DNA of 64,000 nt from Euprymna scolopes (taxonomy: Eukaryota). Below are positions 1 to 12,590 of this stretch, one piece after another (positions within the stretch are counted from its first letter, which is position 1; every line of letters starts with the position of its first letter). The position numbers and the translations under genes are program-made. The notes under the pieces are model-generated. The model saw nothing but the letters and a program-made list of their open reading frames with translations, had not been told where the DNA came from and did no database searches. The stretch lies in NCBI GenBank assembly GCA_053919585.1, contig CM132783.1; one strand, written 5' to 3'.

Positions 1-984
1 TTATTTAAAAAAAACAGTGTTTACAAAGTGCCGTGCGCTTTCATGCAGCCATTTTTTTACGTAATGAAATCAATTGAATTTTACGAGTTAAATATTTTTC
101 AACTTTAAAAAATCTATTAAAAATGTTTTCTATTGGTTCAATTTTTACGATATTTTCAGTGTCAATGTAAAATTTTATGCTCTTTCCAAAAAACTAAATG
201 TACAATTTTACACAAAATGTTTTTTTTCTAATTCGCCGCCCAATTTTGAAATGTCTATTAAAATTTAAATACTTAATTTACTCACCAAAGTTTTATATAT
301 CAGAAAGTGAAGATAAAAGATCAATAAATAAAATATTCTAATTTAAAACAAAAAAGAAGTGTTTTTTAGAAAGATAGAAGGTCGAATTATTCCATTTGTT
401 ATCACGCATTTTTAATGCCCTTTTCTGACACTGCTATTCAGTCATTCGTTGATAGAAACGAATGTATACTTTCCCATTGTCTTTTATTGAGATGATAACA
501 TTTTGGTAATTATTCACAATTTTTTTCCATTTTCAAAAATGTAAGTTAATTCACCTGGGCACGTGCAGTTTTATGCAGCTTTTCTTGACAGGATTGGCAT
601 ACTGTAAAAGGTTTGTCACTATATATAACATAATGTAATCGTAAGTCTGTCAAGACGAATAAAATTATTTCGCCAAAGAAATCAGTATATAATGTATATC
701 TTCCTACAAGATTTAAAAGTTATACTCATTAAACATTCTGTCTTGAATTTTATCAAGTTTTAATCAAACTTCATTTTATGATCTGCTTCTAGATAAATTA
801 TAAAATGTAAAAATTGAACTAAATCAGTTTTAGAAAATTGCTTTCTCTCTAAAGATAGTCTAATATACATGGGCTAAATTCAAGTAAATCTGGCATATTT
901 GCTTTTTAAAGTGAGAGATTGTGTTCATATTTTGCAACATCAAACTCTTTTACATGCAACAAAGTAACTGAAACCTGAAACGTA

Positions 985-1031
<47 letters not shown>

Positions 1032-1154
1032 ATTTATAAAATATATATGCTAACTAGCTCTACCTACGTATTGAACACTTTTGAAGTAAATACTTAAAGT
1101 TTACGCATAAATCTATATTTTCGTGTATTAAATTTATGTGAATATACGAAGCAG

Positions 1155-1219
<65 letters not shown>

Positions 1220-1222
<3 letters not shown>

Positions 1223-1428
1223 GGTGTTCAAAAAGTCTTGGGCACATTCCAAGTCCGCATAACTGCTTAATTGTGAATGGTAGTAAGATGAAAGCGGTGC
1301 CATTTTAAAGCTAAATGCATTAAGTTTTTGTAAGGCTATACCAAAATATACCAGATATACAAGATGTGTTTTTTTAGTTCTAGAGATATTCAATGTCAAA
1401 ATGTGCCCAAGACTTTTGGAACACCCTG
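1220..1428. mobile_element. Tc1/mariner-type MITE (209 bp)
   Basis: 29-bp TIRs cagggtgttcaaaaagtcttgggcacatt (1220-1248) and aatgtgcccaagacttttggaacaccctg (1400-1428), 1 mismatch; TA on both sides; abuts a (TA)n tract. Confidence 0.9.
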
Positions 1429-1459
1429 TATATTGTCGCCCTAAAGACAACAACGCTAT

Positions 1460-1832
1460 AGCTTTATTTACAAAACTTTTATTTAAAAAATGAATTCAGG
1501 TAACTTGGTTACGTAGTAGAGCTGACATCTATTCAATGTCGCCTTCAGCCTCAGTTGCCGCTTCGATACGAGCCAGGAACTGACAGCATGCTATTTCCGC
1601 AAGCGCCGGCGGGAGTTCGATAAATACTCGGCGGATGGCGGCGATCAGGCTGGCTTCGAGGTTATGGGATATTCTCGACGTATAACCAGACGAAGTAGTC
1701 CAGAGGTTCCAGGTCGGGGGGAGAATGGGGACAGTTGGAAAAGAATAAAAGTCCTAGCGCTTCTTCTGGAACCAAGCCTAGGTCTCCTTGGACTTGTGGG
1801 TTGGCGCCGAGTCGTTCTGCCATACCCAGGGT
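1460..1832 (-). mobile_element. maT/DD37D (Tc1-mariner) transposase 3' relic
   Basis: Minus strand reads PWVWQNDSAPTHKSKET..SPDLEPLDYFVWLYVENI..IAAIRRVF; homologous (inverted) to 10240-10630. Confidence 0.8.
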
Positions 1833-2551
1833 TTAAGGTAAACAATTGAGAATTCAGCTAATGTTTGCTCTCAACCAAACGTAATTATGTGTCTAGAATT
1901 AACTGACACTAAGAATTATAATTGAAATAGTAATAAACTTGATTATAACAGTCAAGCGAACTGAATTATGCATCGTTTCAATTCAAATCAATAAATTATT
2001 TATTATGAATGTTAAGGTCAATCGGTCTTTTTGAGTCTGGTTTAGGTTAGTTTCGCATTTGCAAACATGTATAATAGTTTATAATTCTTGATGTTATTTT
2101 TATAAGTATGCATATATAAATTAAAATTAATAAATTAAATAGAACATTCTGACAGAATATTCCTTAATTAATAAGGAATGTTAGTAATAGTTGGGTTTAG
2201 TATTTTTTTGCATTCAAAATGGAGTAATGGAAACATATTAAAGGTATTTGCAGCGTCTCTTCAAATTTTCAGATTTTAATCATGTCAAATCATACTTTAT
2301 TCCCGCTTGATGGATGTATTGTTGCTATTGATGGATGTATTGTTGCTATTACTTCTGATGAGTTATTGGCATAACACTGATTGATATAATAAATAAGTGA
2401 TTGAATTTGGGCTACGAAACAGATACTGTCAAGAATTCTAAATGTCAACTGAATTAAAGGAATGCATTATAAGATTGTGAACATCATGGATTTTAGAATA
2501 TAGTGTGTTGTCATTTATTCACTATATTGCTCTGTAATTACATCGAGTTTC

Positions 2552-2723
2552 NNNNNNNNNNNNNNNNNNNNNNNNNNNNNNNNNNNNNNNNNNNNNNNNN
2601 NNNNNNNNNNNNNNNNNNNNNNNNNNNNNNNNNNNNNNNNNNNNNNNNNNNNNNNNNNNNNNNNNNNNNNNNNNNNNNNNNNNNNNNNNNNNNNNNNNNN
2701 NNNNNNNNNNNNNNNNNNNNNNN
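2552..2723. other. Assembly gap
   Basis: N run; other gaps at 7827-7963, 14669-14814, 26167-26345, 48602-48757. Confidence 1.
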
Positions 2724-2999
2724 TTAGATAACATATATCATAATTAAGCTATACAAACATTTCTGCATTTCCTTCCACGCAAGACATGGTAAGACATTTT
2801 AACATAATGAATCTCTACGGGGGAAATCGCGGAAACTATGTGTAATGTAATTGACATGGATATATCTTCATAGCCTTCTACCTAGCTGAACGCACTTATT
2901 AAGCACTGTTGAAGTCCATACTGAAAATCGCAACATATAATATTATCTTTTTTTCATAGCATTTAATGTGGTTACAAAACTTAACACGCGCGCGCACAC

Positions 3000-3042
<43 letters not shown>

Positions 3043-3046
<4 letters not shown>

Positions 3047-3850
3047 ATTTATAAAATATATATGGCGATTAAGCTACACTGAATATTCCGCGTTTCATCC
3101 ACTCTAGGACTCATCAGGCATATGCGCGAATTCTGTGGTTGGTTATCGTTTTTATATGCTCCTCTTCTATTGAGATTTTAGTTAGCCAATCAGATTTCTA
3201 GTATCCACCGCGCCCTTCCTACCAGCCAATGGGCATGCATTTTATCGGACATAGGATCTGTTTTAAAACTAGGTTAGTGTGTGTTTTTTTTTACTTTATA
3301 TATAAATATATATATATATGTGTACATACATATATGCACAAACACACACACATATATATATTTATATATATATACATATATGTGTGATCGTTTATGTATA
3401 TTCATGTTTATTTAATTAATTTATTTGTTTATTTTCTATTGTTTTTGTTAGTTTTAAAACTATTTTGTATCGCTATCCTAGATTAAATTTTATCTCGTGA
3501 ACACAGTTGTTTGCTATTTATTTTCCATAGTTTAATAGCTGCTGGGGTTCTTTAAAGTACAGGATAGCAAATTTTTCATGAAGGCATAATCTGCATGGGT
3601 TGTCTAGGTCCCTACACGTGGTAGCTTGTCTTATTATTTTCCATTCGACTACCGGCTAATGTCCGCTTTCTTTGAGTTCCCAGTATTTATTCGCTATTGT
3701 TGTTTTTATACGGTGTTTTTTTTTTTTTTTTTGAATGTACTTTTGTGGTCATAGTATCGGGTTTTGAAATCTAAGGAAGTCATGCCTACGTAATATTTAT
3801 TTTATTCGGGTTTTCTTTCAAAAATATTGTTGCCTGAGATATAGTAAATA
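3043..3850 (-). mobile_element. Penelope-like retroelement 3' relic (GIY-YIG end plus pseudo-LTR)
   Basis: Minus strand ~3800-3480 reads KYYVGMTSLDFKTRYYDHKSTF..YWELKE..VEWKII..CRLCLHEKFAI, typical of PLE GIY-YIG C-termini; hammerhead core downstream at 3081-3125. Confidence 0.8.
3081..3125 (-). ncRNA. Minimal hammerhead ribozyme motif (probably decayed)
   Basis: Minus strand CTGATGA-GTCC-tagagt-GGAT-GAAAC-gcg; core and stem II intact, cleavage triplet (NUH) not evident. Confidence 0.6.
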
Positions 3851-3921
3851 ACTGAATTTATTTTATCAAATCACCTACGTACCAACATTCCTCGCATACA
3901 CATACACACACGCATACACAC

Positions 3922-3956
<35 letters not shown>

Positions 3957-4025
3957 CATGTATTGACAGATGTATATGCAAAAAAAAATAAGGAAATGTA
4001 AACATCTACATACATATGCCAACCC

Positions 4026-4085
<60 letters not shown>

Positions 4086-5696
4086 AAGAAGAAGAAGAAG
4101 AAGAATGCTTCCAGAAAGTGAGAAAACCCGGTGAAAATGCAAACCTCAACGCCCCTGCTTCAAAAAATAACATAACTATGTAGTGTGGGCATACACCCAC
4201 GTAACATCAAACCGTCAAGGAGGATAGAATGACCGATAAGGATAAGCACTAACCAGACCACGACTGGAAGAGTGTGACACAAGCTAGAACATTATAGGGC
4301 GTATTGTCAAACAAAATCTAGTAATATAAAATGTCAATTTCCAGCGAGAAATAAATGAAAAACTCCGGCTCTGATAACGTAAATTAATTTGCAAAGATTG
4401 CCGAAAGGGGTGGAGAGTACTGTACACTTAAGTAGACTTATTGACAGCTACATTCATGAGTACACATCGGATTTTTATCAGTGAGTAATCACATATTATT
4501 ACCTGATTGATAGCTTACTGTTAGTAAAAATAATAATAATAGCAACAACAACAACAATAATAATAATAATAATAAAATTAATAATAGTAAAATATAAAAT
4601 ACGATGATAATAACAAAATTAGACCAATTATTTACCATAAAGAATATATAACCAAACGTTTCTAGTAAGATACAACTCCTTACCTAAGTATAAACATTAC
4701 AATGAACCAATATTATTTATAAGTTAGATGCCATTTGCAAGAATGGAGAATGCAACTCTAATAATTACGATTATGTTCATATCTGCATTGATACAACATT
4801 GATGGGCACTTGTAATCTCTTGCTCTATTTAATAGCAATAAGAAAAAATATATAATCAACCTTAGGATTTAAAGTAAATTTTAATAAATAACTCGGAAAT
4901 TATACATTCCGAACAAAATCAAAACGTAAAACAACTTGAACCTCTCCTTATTTAACCATAGCAATTTACAATTAAATTCCGCATCAAACCTGTCATAACA
5001 TTATACAACGCTTAGCATAATAGAATGTATTCTGTAATACATTCTCTAATTTAAATAGTCAACACCTCTCATAGAACAGCACTAGTTTCTTTCTTCAGGG
5101 TTCTTTCTGACTTCCTATCTGCAGTATCGATTGCTCTGTTGAGTTCTCTTCTTTGCTTCAGCTATTTTATTCATTTGCCGCTGTCATCTGAAAAGGATTC
5201 AAATAGAATCGAAATGTTCGTGATAAATATGGAACATACGTTTCTTTTTTCTTAATTTTGACGCTAACTTTTCCTTAGAAAAATGAAAAAAAAAACATAT
5301 AAAACTACAATTACGTTAAGTAATGCTGTTATGTTAAGATATATTTGCTTAAATGGAAGCGTGCTGCCTATATACACACAATTTAAAGAGTAGGATCATG
5401 CAGCATGTTAAATAAACAGTGGTTAATCGGGAAATAAACGTGTATAAATAAATGTTCATTTTCAATTACTTTGTGCATTCATATGAATTACTTAGAATTC
5501 AAATATGACTAAAAAATATTATTCAAGTTAAACTGGCAACTAAGCCTGCACACGAGCCTCCATATGTACACAAACATACATGCACACATACTAACGCCTA
5601 AACGCAGGCGCACATGCAAACATACCTGTATATGTGTACTCATGCATACATGCATACGTTCACACATACATGCATACGTACACACATGTACGCATA

Positions 5697-7234
5697 CACC
5701 TTGTGCCAAATTTATATGCAAATCGATATTTCTGTTCTAACTGATAGTTTTCAATGAAAATTCGTGAAACTTCGCACGTTACACGGCAACACAGACGCAT
5801 ACACAGATATACATTTTTTAAGCTGATCTGCGCAATAGCGAGAAAACTGCAGCCATTTAGGTGGCTTGCAGTTTTCTTTCAGTGTGCCAACTTTATATGC
5901 AAGATGGGAGGTAAAGGTGCTTTAAGTCAAGCTAAGAAGTCTAAAATTGTTCAAACGCTTCATAATAAGAAATTGCCAAGGAATTACACCGTGATTATTG
6001 TACAACGAAAAAGTATTGTACTAACCCTCAACTTAGAAACGGACACTCTGACAAAGGGAAAATTCGTAAGAAATCATATCTGTCACGGCAAACAATAGAC
6101 AAGATCAAGAGATAAATTCGCTATAATCCACATGAAACTAGCAAACAAGTTTTTGAAAAAACTAGCGTTCTTGATATGCCTAAATACACACGTTGCCGTA
6201 TCCTGAGGACGATTGCAAAATTCGAAAAGCCAGAGGTCAGCCCTCAATTGAAGGATATCCACAACAAAAAGAGGATGGAGTGGGCAAGAGATAACATGAA
6301 GGTGAATTTCCAAACTGTTTTGTTCACCGATGAGTGTCGAGCGACCCATGATGGACCCGAGTGGTGGAGGAGGGGATGGTACCATAATGAGGTCCACGTC
6401 CCCAAAGGATAAGGCGTCAACAAGGAGGTGGTGGTGTGATGTTCTGGGCTGCAATCATTGGCAATGTGCTGATAGGATCATCTAGATTCCAAGATGGAGT
6501 GAAAATTACCGCCAAACTCTACATTGACTTCATTAAAGAACACTGGGAACCCTGGCACAAGAAGAAGAATTGGGCATTCTTGAAAAAGATGGTATTCATG
6601 CATGATAATGCACCGTCTCATTTTGCAAGAATAGCCACTGAATATTTGGAGAGAGTTTTTGTCAGATATGGGAAAATAATGTGATGGCCAGCCTGTTCTC
6701 CAGATTTAACTTCCATCGAAAATGTGTGGAGCATCTTGAAGCAAAATATTTACTCCGGAGGAAGGCAGTACAACTCCAAGGATTAACCCTGGAATGTCAT
6801 TCTCACTGCTGCAAAAGACATTTCACCAGATGAAATCGAAAGTTTTACATCTTCAATGGACCAACCGCATTTGCTTTTGTCAATAAAAATGGCAATTATA
6901 TAAAATATTGATTGTACTATGAAACCATATTGAAGTTGTTTGTTCTTTATTATTTTTGTTCTCAATTTACAAATTCCTAGAATAATCAATGTCTCGATGA
7001 TCTTTTAGCACTTCACCATGTTTTAGCATGGGTTTGCACGTAAAGTTGACACGTTGAAAAAATGCAACTCACCAAAATGGTTGCCAATTGTTTATTATTG
7101 TGCAGATTACCTTGACATTTTATATCTGCGCTTGTCTTAGTGTTGCCATAACGTGCTTAATTTTACAAATTTTCATTGAACCTATCGGAGTTAGAACAAA
7201 AATTTAGATTTGCATATAATTCTGACATAGGGTG
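5697..7234 (+). mobile_element. Tc1-family DNA transposon, DD37E (TRT-like), decayed
   Basis: ~200-bp degenerate TIRs (5697-5902 / ~7036-7234), TA at 5695-96; transposase motifs FTDECRATHDGPE, QQGGGGVMFWA, MHDNA, SPDLTSIENVW; 37 residues between second D and E; stops and frameshifts. Confidence 0.85.
5904..6905 (+). pseudogene. DD37E transposase pseudogene
   Basis: ORF pieces 5754-6098, 6176-6412 and 6436-6684 plus in-frame continuation past a TGA at 6682. Confidence 0.85.
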
Positions 7235-7963
7235 GATGGATATATGTATATTAAATTAAATTTTGGATGTATTATTTTATGTTCAAATTTTAATTTATTT
7301 ATAGGTTTTATTTATATTTTCTTTTCGTATTATCGATTCAGCTTTGCCTGTTTTCCTGTCTCTCTGTTTCTATCCTTGTCTCTATATATATACATATATA
7401 CACACACATAAACCTGTACACTTATGCACATACACACACGGACACACACAACCACACACACATACAACTATATATATATATATATATATTTATGTATATA
7501 TATATGTATATATATATATATACATATATTGTTTTTAAAATATAATTATTCACTGAGAGGTGTTTCGTCGTCAACGACCCATGAGAGTGGCTGAATCTAG
7601 GGAAATTCGAAATTGGGACCGCATGGTAAAAAGTTTTAACCATTACCATTCGTCACCTTGCACGACTTGACGTCTATATCGCGATTTAGGTAGATAGTAT
7701 TTGCTTTTGTTTTTGCGATACGTTTTGAATGAATTCAATTATTTACGAAAGTGACTCTTTACCTAAATACGGGTTGAGAATAATTTTCCCTTTAACCAAT
7801 TTGGTACCCCCCATATAGGGACCGGANNNNNNNNNNNNNNNNNNNNNNNNNNNNNNNNNNNNNNNNNNNNNNNNNNNNNNNNNNNNNNNNNNNNNNNNNN
7901 NNNNNNNNNNNNNNNNNNNNNNNNNNNNNNNNNNNNNNNNNNNNNNNNNNNNNNNNNNNNNNN

Positions 7964-9740
7964 AGCATTATACAAAAATATCTTAAAATAAAAAAAATGA
8001 AGAAAAATATAGAAAATTCCTTTTAAACTTCTGCAAAACAACGAAATCGACCATATTGCAGATTGGGAACTTGCATTGGCAGACTTTATGCTAGTAAATC
8101 CACAATTATACAAGAGGATTCCACTATTAATCCAGACAAAATACGAAGGAAAAACTTTACCCAGGACAAATTTTAAGAAAGCGTTTTCTGATTTTTATTA
8201 GTATGATATGTGAAGAAAAAACATACTAAAACTTTACCCATATCTGATCACAACAAACTGAATCTGACGACATAAAACGATGTCACTCATTTAAAGACAA
8301 ATAACTAATAATTTCAATTGGCAAAGAAATAATGGAAACAATAGAAGGGCAATCCCTGTTTTAAGTTTCGTACAAGCAATGAATGAAAACTAAGACCCCC
8401 ACACCCAATATGAAAGGAGATTTGTTAATGAGAAAACAATGGGTCCAGCTCTTTTGTTCCAAAGGTTTCTTGTGGTGTCTCAAACTGACGATCGTTCCCT
8501 TGATGAGATGATAACCTATGAACTTTCACTATACCCACATTCAGTTTTTGAGGCGAAACATTTGTAACGCAAACTTAACAAACCACAACTGAGGCTGTTA
8601 TAAATTAACAGAGTTCAGATGACGCAGTACTCAAGGAGGTATCAGAAGTACGACATAACTTTCTTGACAGAGATTCTCTTCTCCAATGACTAAAGTGGCC
8701 AGATAGAAAGACATATTCTTACATTAGTGACGACTATGCTTATTTCACACTAAAACACTATTGTAAGGCTACAATTGTATTTAATTTATAGAAGACCAAA
8801 CACTCAACCACTCAGAGATTCCGACAGAATCGAACACTTAACAAGTGGAAATTGCTGAAGGAATGAAATTTGTCGATACAAAGGAAGATTTACTCGCGAG
8901 TGTAGAAAACAAACAATATTTTATTAAATGCATTTCACAACACTGGATGGACAGAAGTTGCCACGTAATATAATCACGGAGATGAAAATGTGGAGATTTT
9001 TTAGGCAGCAATATCAATGCGGTCAAACAAAATGATTAGTGTCATTGGAGAAGTTATAGATGATTTGTGTTGTTACTTCTCCGCATGTTAACAAGCAATT
9101 ACAAGCTTTGGTTCTACTCGGATAAAGCGAGTTGTGCAACAGTATACAATATTAAGTTTATTAAGAAGTTTCTTTGGATACAATGTTTGTTCCAGTTTTC
9201 TGTTCCTGTATGCATTCACGGGATGCGAAACAATTTCCGCGGTTTTTGGAATTGGAAAAAAGGTTACAACGGAGAATTTCCTGAAGAACTGTGCTAAGAT
9301 GTTTTCCACAACTAAAAAAAAACATTGCTAGGATCGAAAACGCTGGTTTTAAGCGATGGTGGCAGTGTCTAGAGGTATTCTAGTCTATGCCCCAAAATTT
9401 GGTTCAGCCAAAAGCTTTGTTAAACCCCAACGGCTGCCACCGACCTCCTCTGCAACAAAGGGTCATACTCTTCGGAACTACCCCCATGTGATGATTGGAT
9501 GGACAATTGTGAGTTCATGAACACTACTGAATGGGGATAGGAATTTTAGAACACCAATCTAGTTCCAGTGTCGATGTATACTTCACTTGCACCAGAAAAA
9601 AACTTTGGAAATACGCGAACTTATCTGTTCACGGGTATGCGGACCAAATCAAGAGAGGCATTTTGACAATATGCGCGAGGAAGCAATGTTTGCTGATGAA
9701 AAGAGTGATTATTGAACCGACACAATTATGCAGTGATTAA
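7964..9740 (+). mobile_element. Relic of a large DNA-transposon-like ORF with PIN/XPG-like nuclease motifs (superfamily uncertain)
   Basis: Fragmented motifs YELSLYPHSVFE..RKLNKPQL (~8515), FLDRDSLLQ*LKWP (~8660), LFLYAFTGCETISAVFGIGKK (~9200), RLPPTSSATKGHTLR (~9430), EWG* and APEK (~9530-9600). Confidence 0.65.
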
Positions 9741-10074
9741 TTATGTCTAGCAATGCACTGTGGATTCGATAATCTTTAGAAATTTACATGTTTGGCATGA
9801 CGTATTGGTGACGCCATGATCATTTTATTTCTGTGTGATGGAAACCAAATTTCATTTTTTTTTTTGTTGCAGACAATCAACTGCAAATCCCAATAACGAT
9901 AGGAAACTTCTGTTATGTCTGAAAATGGCAAAATGTTCAACGAGCGAAATTGCAGATGCGTCGCTGTACAACTCATGCTCTTTACGGATGAAACTTATGA
10001 CAACAGAACCATTTCCAGCATCCTCAAAATGTAAATCCAGTCAGTTGAACGCTTGAAGTACAGCTTAACCTATC

Positions 10075-10635
10075 AGACGCCCCGAAGGTATGGTATTTTG
10101 TGTGGTTTCAAATGAAGGTCACATCATGCAACCGCATATATCCGAATTCGGCTTGGAAGTCAACACCAAAGTGGAAATGGATGTGGTGAATTGTGTGGTG
10201 ATAACCTTGTGCAATCAGGTGACAGCTGGCATGTGGTAGGTGAAGCAGCAGGGTTCGGCAGCGGACTATAAGTCAAAAGAAACCCAAGCTTGACTTTATA
10301 AGAAGTGCTACGACCTTGTACACTTCTTTAACTGAGCCTACTTTTTCCCCGACTTGAGCCAGCTGAACTATTTCGTTTGGTCGTACGTCGAGAACATCAC
10401 AAACATGACCTTCTACAATACCAAAGCCAGCTTGATCACGATCATGAGCCTTCATTCGCAAAGTATTCGCCGAGCTCTTGCCGGCGCTTGTAGAAGGGGC
10501 ATGCTGCCAGTTCCTGACATGTATCAAAGCGGTTATTGAGACTGAAAGCAGCTACATTCAATAGATGTCAGCTCTATAAAATAATCATGTTAATTGAATT
10601 GATTTTTACAATGAAAGTTTTAAAATAAAACAGTA
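10075..10635 (+). mobile_element. maT/DD37D transposase relic
   Basis: KVWYFVWF-type start then QQ[G]SAADYKSKETQA..FPDLSQL[N]YFVWSYVENITNMT; 37 residues between the two mutated catalytic D positions. Confidence 0.8.
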
Positions 10636-10699
10636 GTAACGTTTCCTTTGAACAAAAGTTCCATCGTTCTCCCTTGTATTATGCTCCTATCTATTCAGA

Positions 10700-11760
10700 A
10701 ACACATTTACAAATAAAAAATATCTAAATGTACTTCCTTTCCAAAGAAAAAATATATCTCCGATGAGTTTATTGCAAATTTCCATCATTAAAAGAAACAC
10801 GTGTAATGCGAATTATACTTGCAAAATAACATGAGATGATGCAAATGCATATCAGGTTTGGTATCTTTCCTTCCGATATATACATTCTTTAGAAGAATAA
10901 ATTAATTACTATTGAACTTATTTTACTGTGGGAATCTAGAAAATAGGGCTTTATTTATTGGTATGTCCGACTCAGGAAAAGAACAGTTAATAAATTTACG
11001 TTAACATCTAAAAGTATTTTATTCCTCTGAGAAATGTAATATTAAAGTGCACCGCAAAACGAATTATGAGTGAATAACATATTTGAAATATAAACAGATT
11101 TTCCCCCGAAATTTAATTTACGTGCATAGACTTTTCTGGTTATGAACATAGAAACGTTTAAATTGACAGCTAATATTTATTTCAGAGGAAAAGTTAAAAA
11201 GATATTGATCTAAACAACATGACAATTGTCAATCAGAGAAGCTTTGAACAGTAAAAGCAAAGACGCAGACGAATAATACGGATTTCCGTTGGGGAGTCGA
11301 TCTATATAAGTATCGGATTTTAAAGTCTGCAGACATAAAGAATATTACTTCTCATGTTAGACACGAAAAAAAAACGTGAAAGATTCAATATTTCTATAGA
11401 GTACTTCTATTTTCTGATTGTATGGTAGCAGAAGCTTGCTTGATAAAATTAGTTTCTACCACCAGTATCTATGAGTAGAACTTTTCAAATTTCTTGAATC
11501 ATACCCCAGTACACATTAAACATATTTCAACAGGAGAGATCACTATTCTCTAAGTTCCCTTCTCTAATATAAAATCTGAAGGTGGAAGGTTTCGTTAAAA
11601 AAATTAATGTATGCTATTTCCACGCAATTTCTATCAGGTGTCTTTAATTCTTCGGGGAAGATAATGAAAGTGGTTTTAAATGTCTTTGCTTCTTTCTATA
11701 CATTAGCTGGCTATGTACCTTCACTTCTTTGCTATTCATTTTAACATTTCAATAAGATAG
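10700..11760 (-). mobile_element. Highly decayed Penelope-like RT relic
   Basis: Weak motifs on minus strand (FFNETFHLQ..SPVEICLM; LYRSTP) resembling PLE RT; adjacent to pLTR pair at 11885-12590. Confidence 0.35.
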
Positions 11761-11793
11761 ATTTAATATTCAAGAAATTTGTATAAGTCGGAA

Positions 11794-11862
<69 letters not shown>

Positions 11863-11884
11863 AAACAAGGAATATCATTTTATG

Positions 11885-12590
11885 CCTTTATTTATTTATG
11901 TATTTGTGGACTCTTAGGCATATCTTCCAGTTGTTCCACAAAGTTTTGGCCAACGGTTGTTCTAGCGATCGTCAGATGGTAAACCGCGATGCGATATATC
12001 TTTGAACTGTATCTTCCTGTTTTCCATAGTTGTTGTTGCTCACCACGTTTGGTCAACTAATCCTCTGGCCGGTTTTTAGTAGGATTGAAACCGATATCTT
12101 CAGACAATGCTCATCTCCAACAGTAGAGATTCACTGTCTTTCCTTTGTGCCAGGGGCCCTAAAGCGCGATCAAGATCAAAATAAATAAAAATAATATGAC
12201 ATTCGGTACGGACCAAATGACGAAAGACCAGATAAAAATGAAAAACTTAGATTTGTTAAGACCAAAAAAATCCAACTTTGATCGTGCTTTGTGGGTTGGC
12301 GCAGTGTATACAGACGTTGAATCTCTATGGTTTCAAGTCAACATTTTCTGAAAATAGCGGGTTCATCCTACACAACACCAAGCAGAGATTAAGTTGGCTT
12401 AAACTTTGTGAGACGACAGCAACTAAGGAAGACAGTAATTAATGAGGATACAGTTAAGAGACTCGACATTCCTATCCCGTCGCGCTTTACCACCTGATGA
12501 ATCGCAGGGGAATAGATGGCGATAGCTTCGGGTAACAACAACAAGAGGATGAGGATAATAGTCCGCAAAATATAAATAAACTAATATATA
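11885..12590. repeat. Inverted pair of Penelope-type pseudo-LTRs with decayed hammerhead motifs
   Basis: ~290-bp arms (11885-12175 vs 12278-12590) align as reverse complements, e.g. gcgatcgtcagatggtaaa / tttaccacctgatgaatcgc and aaagcgcgatcaa / ttgatcgtgcttt; CTGANGA cores at ~11970 (-) and ~12494 (+). Confidence 0.7.

Noticed and set aside
2503-2734. ORFs containing long X runs (also 7763, 14567, 26113, 48573)
   Set aside because: Open only because they cross N gaps
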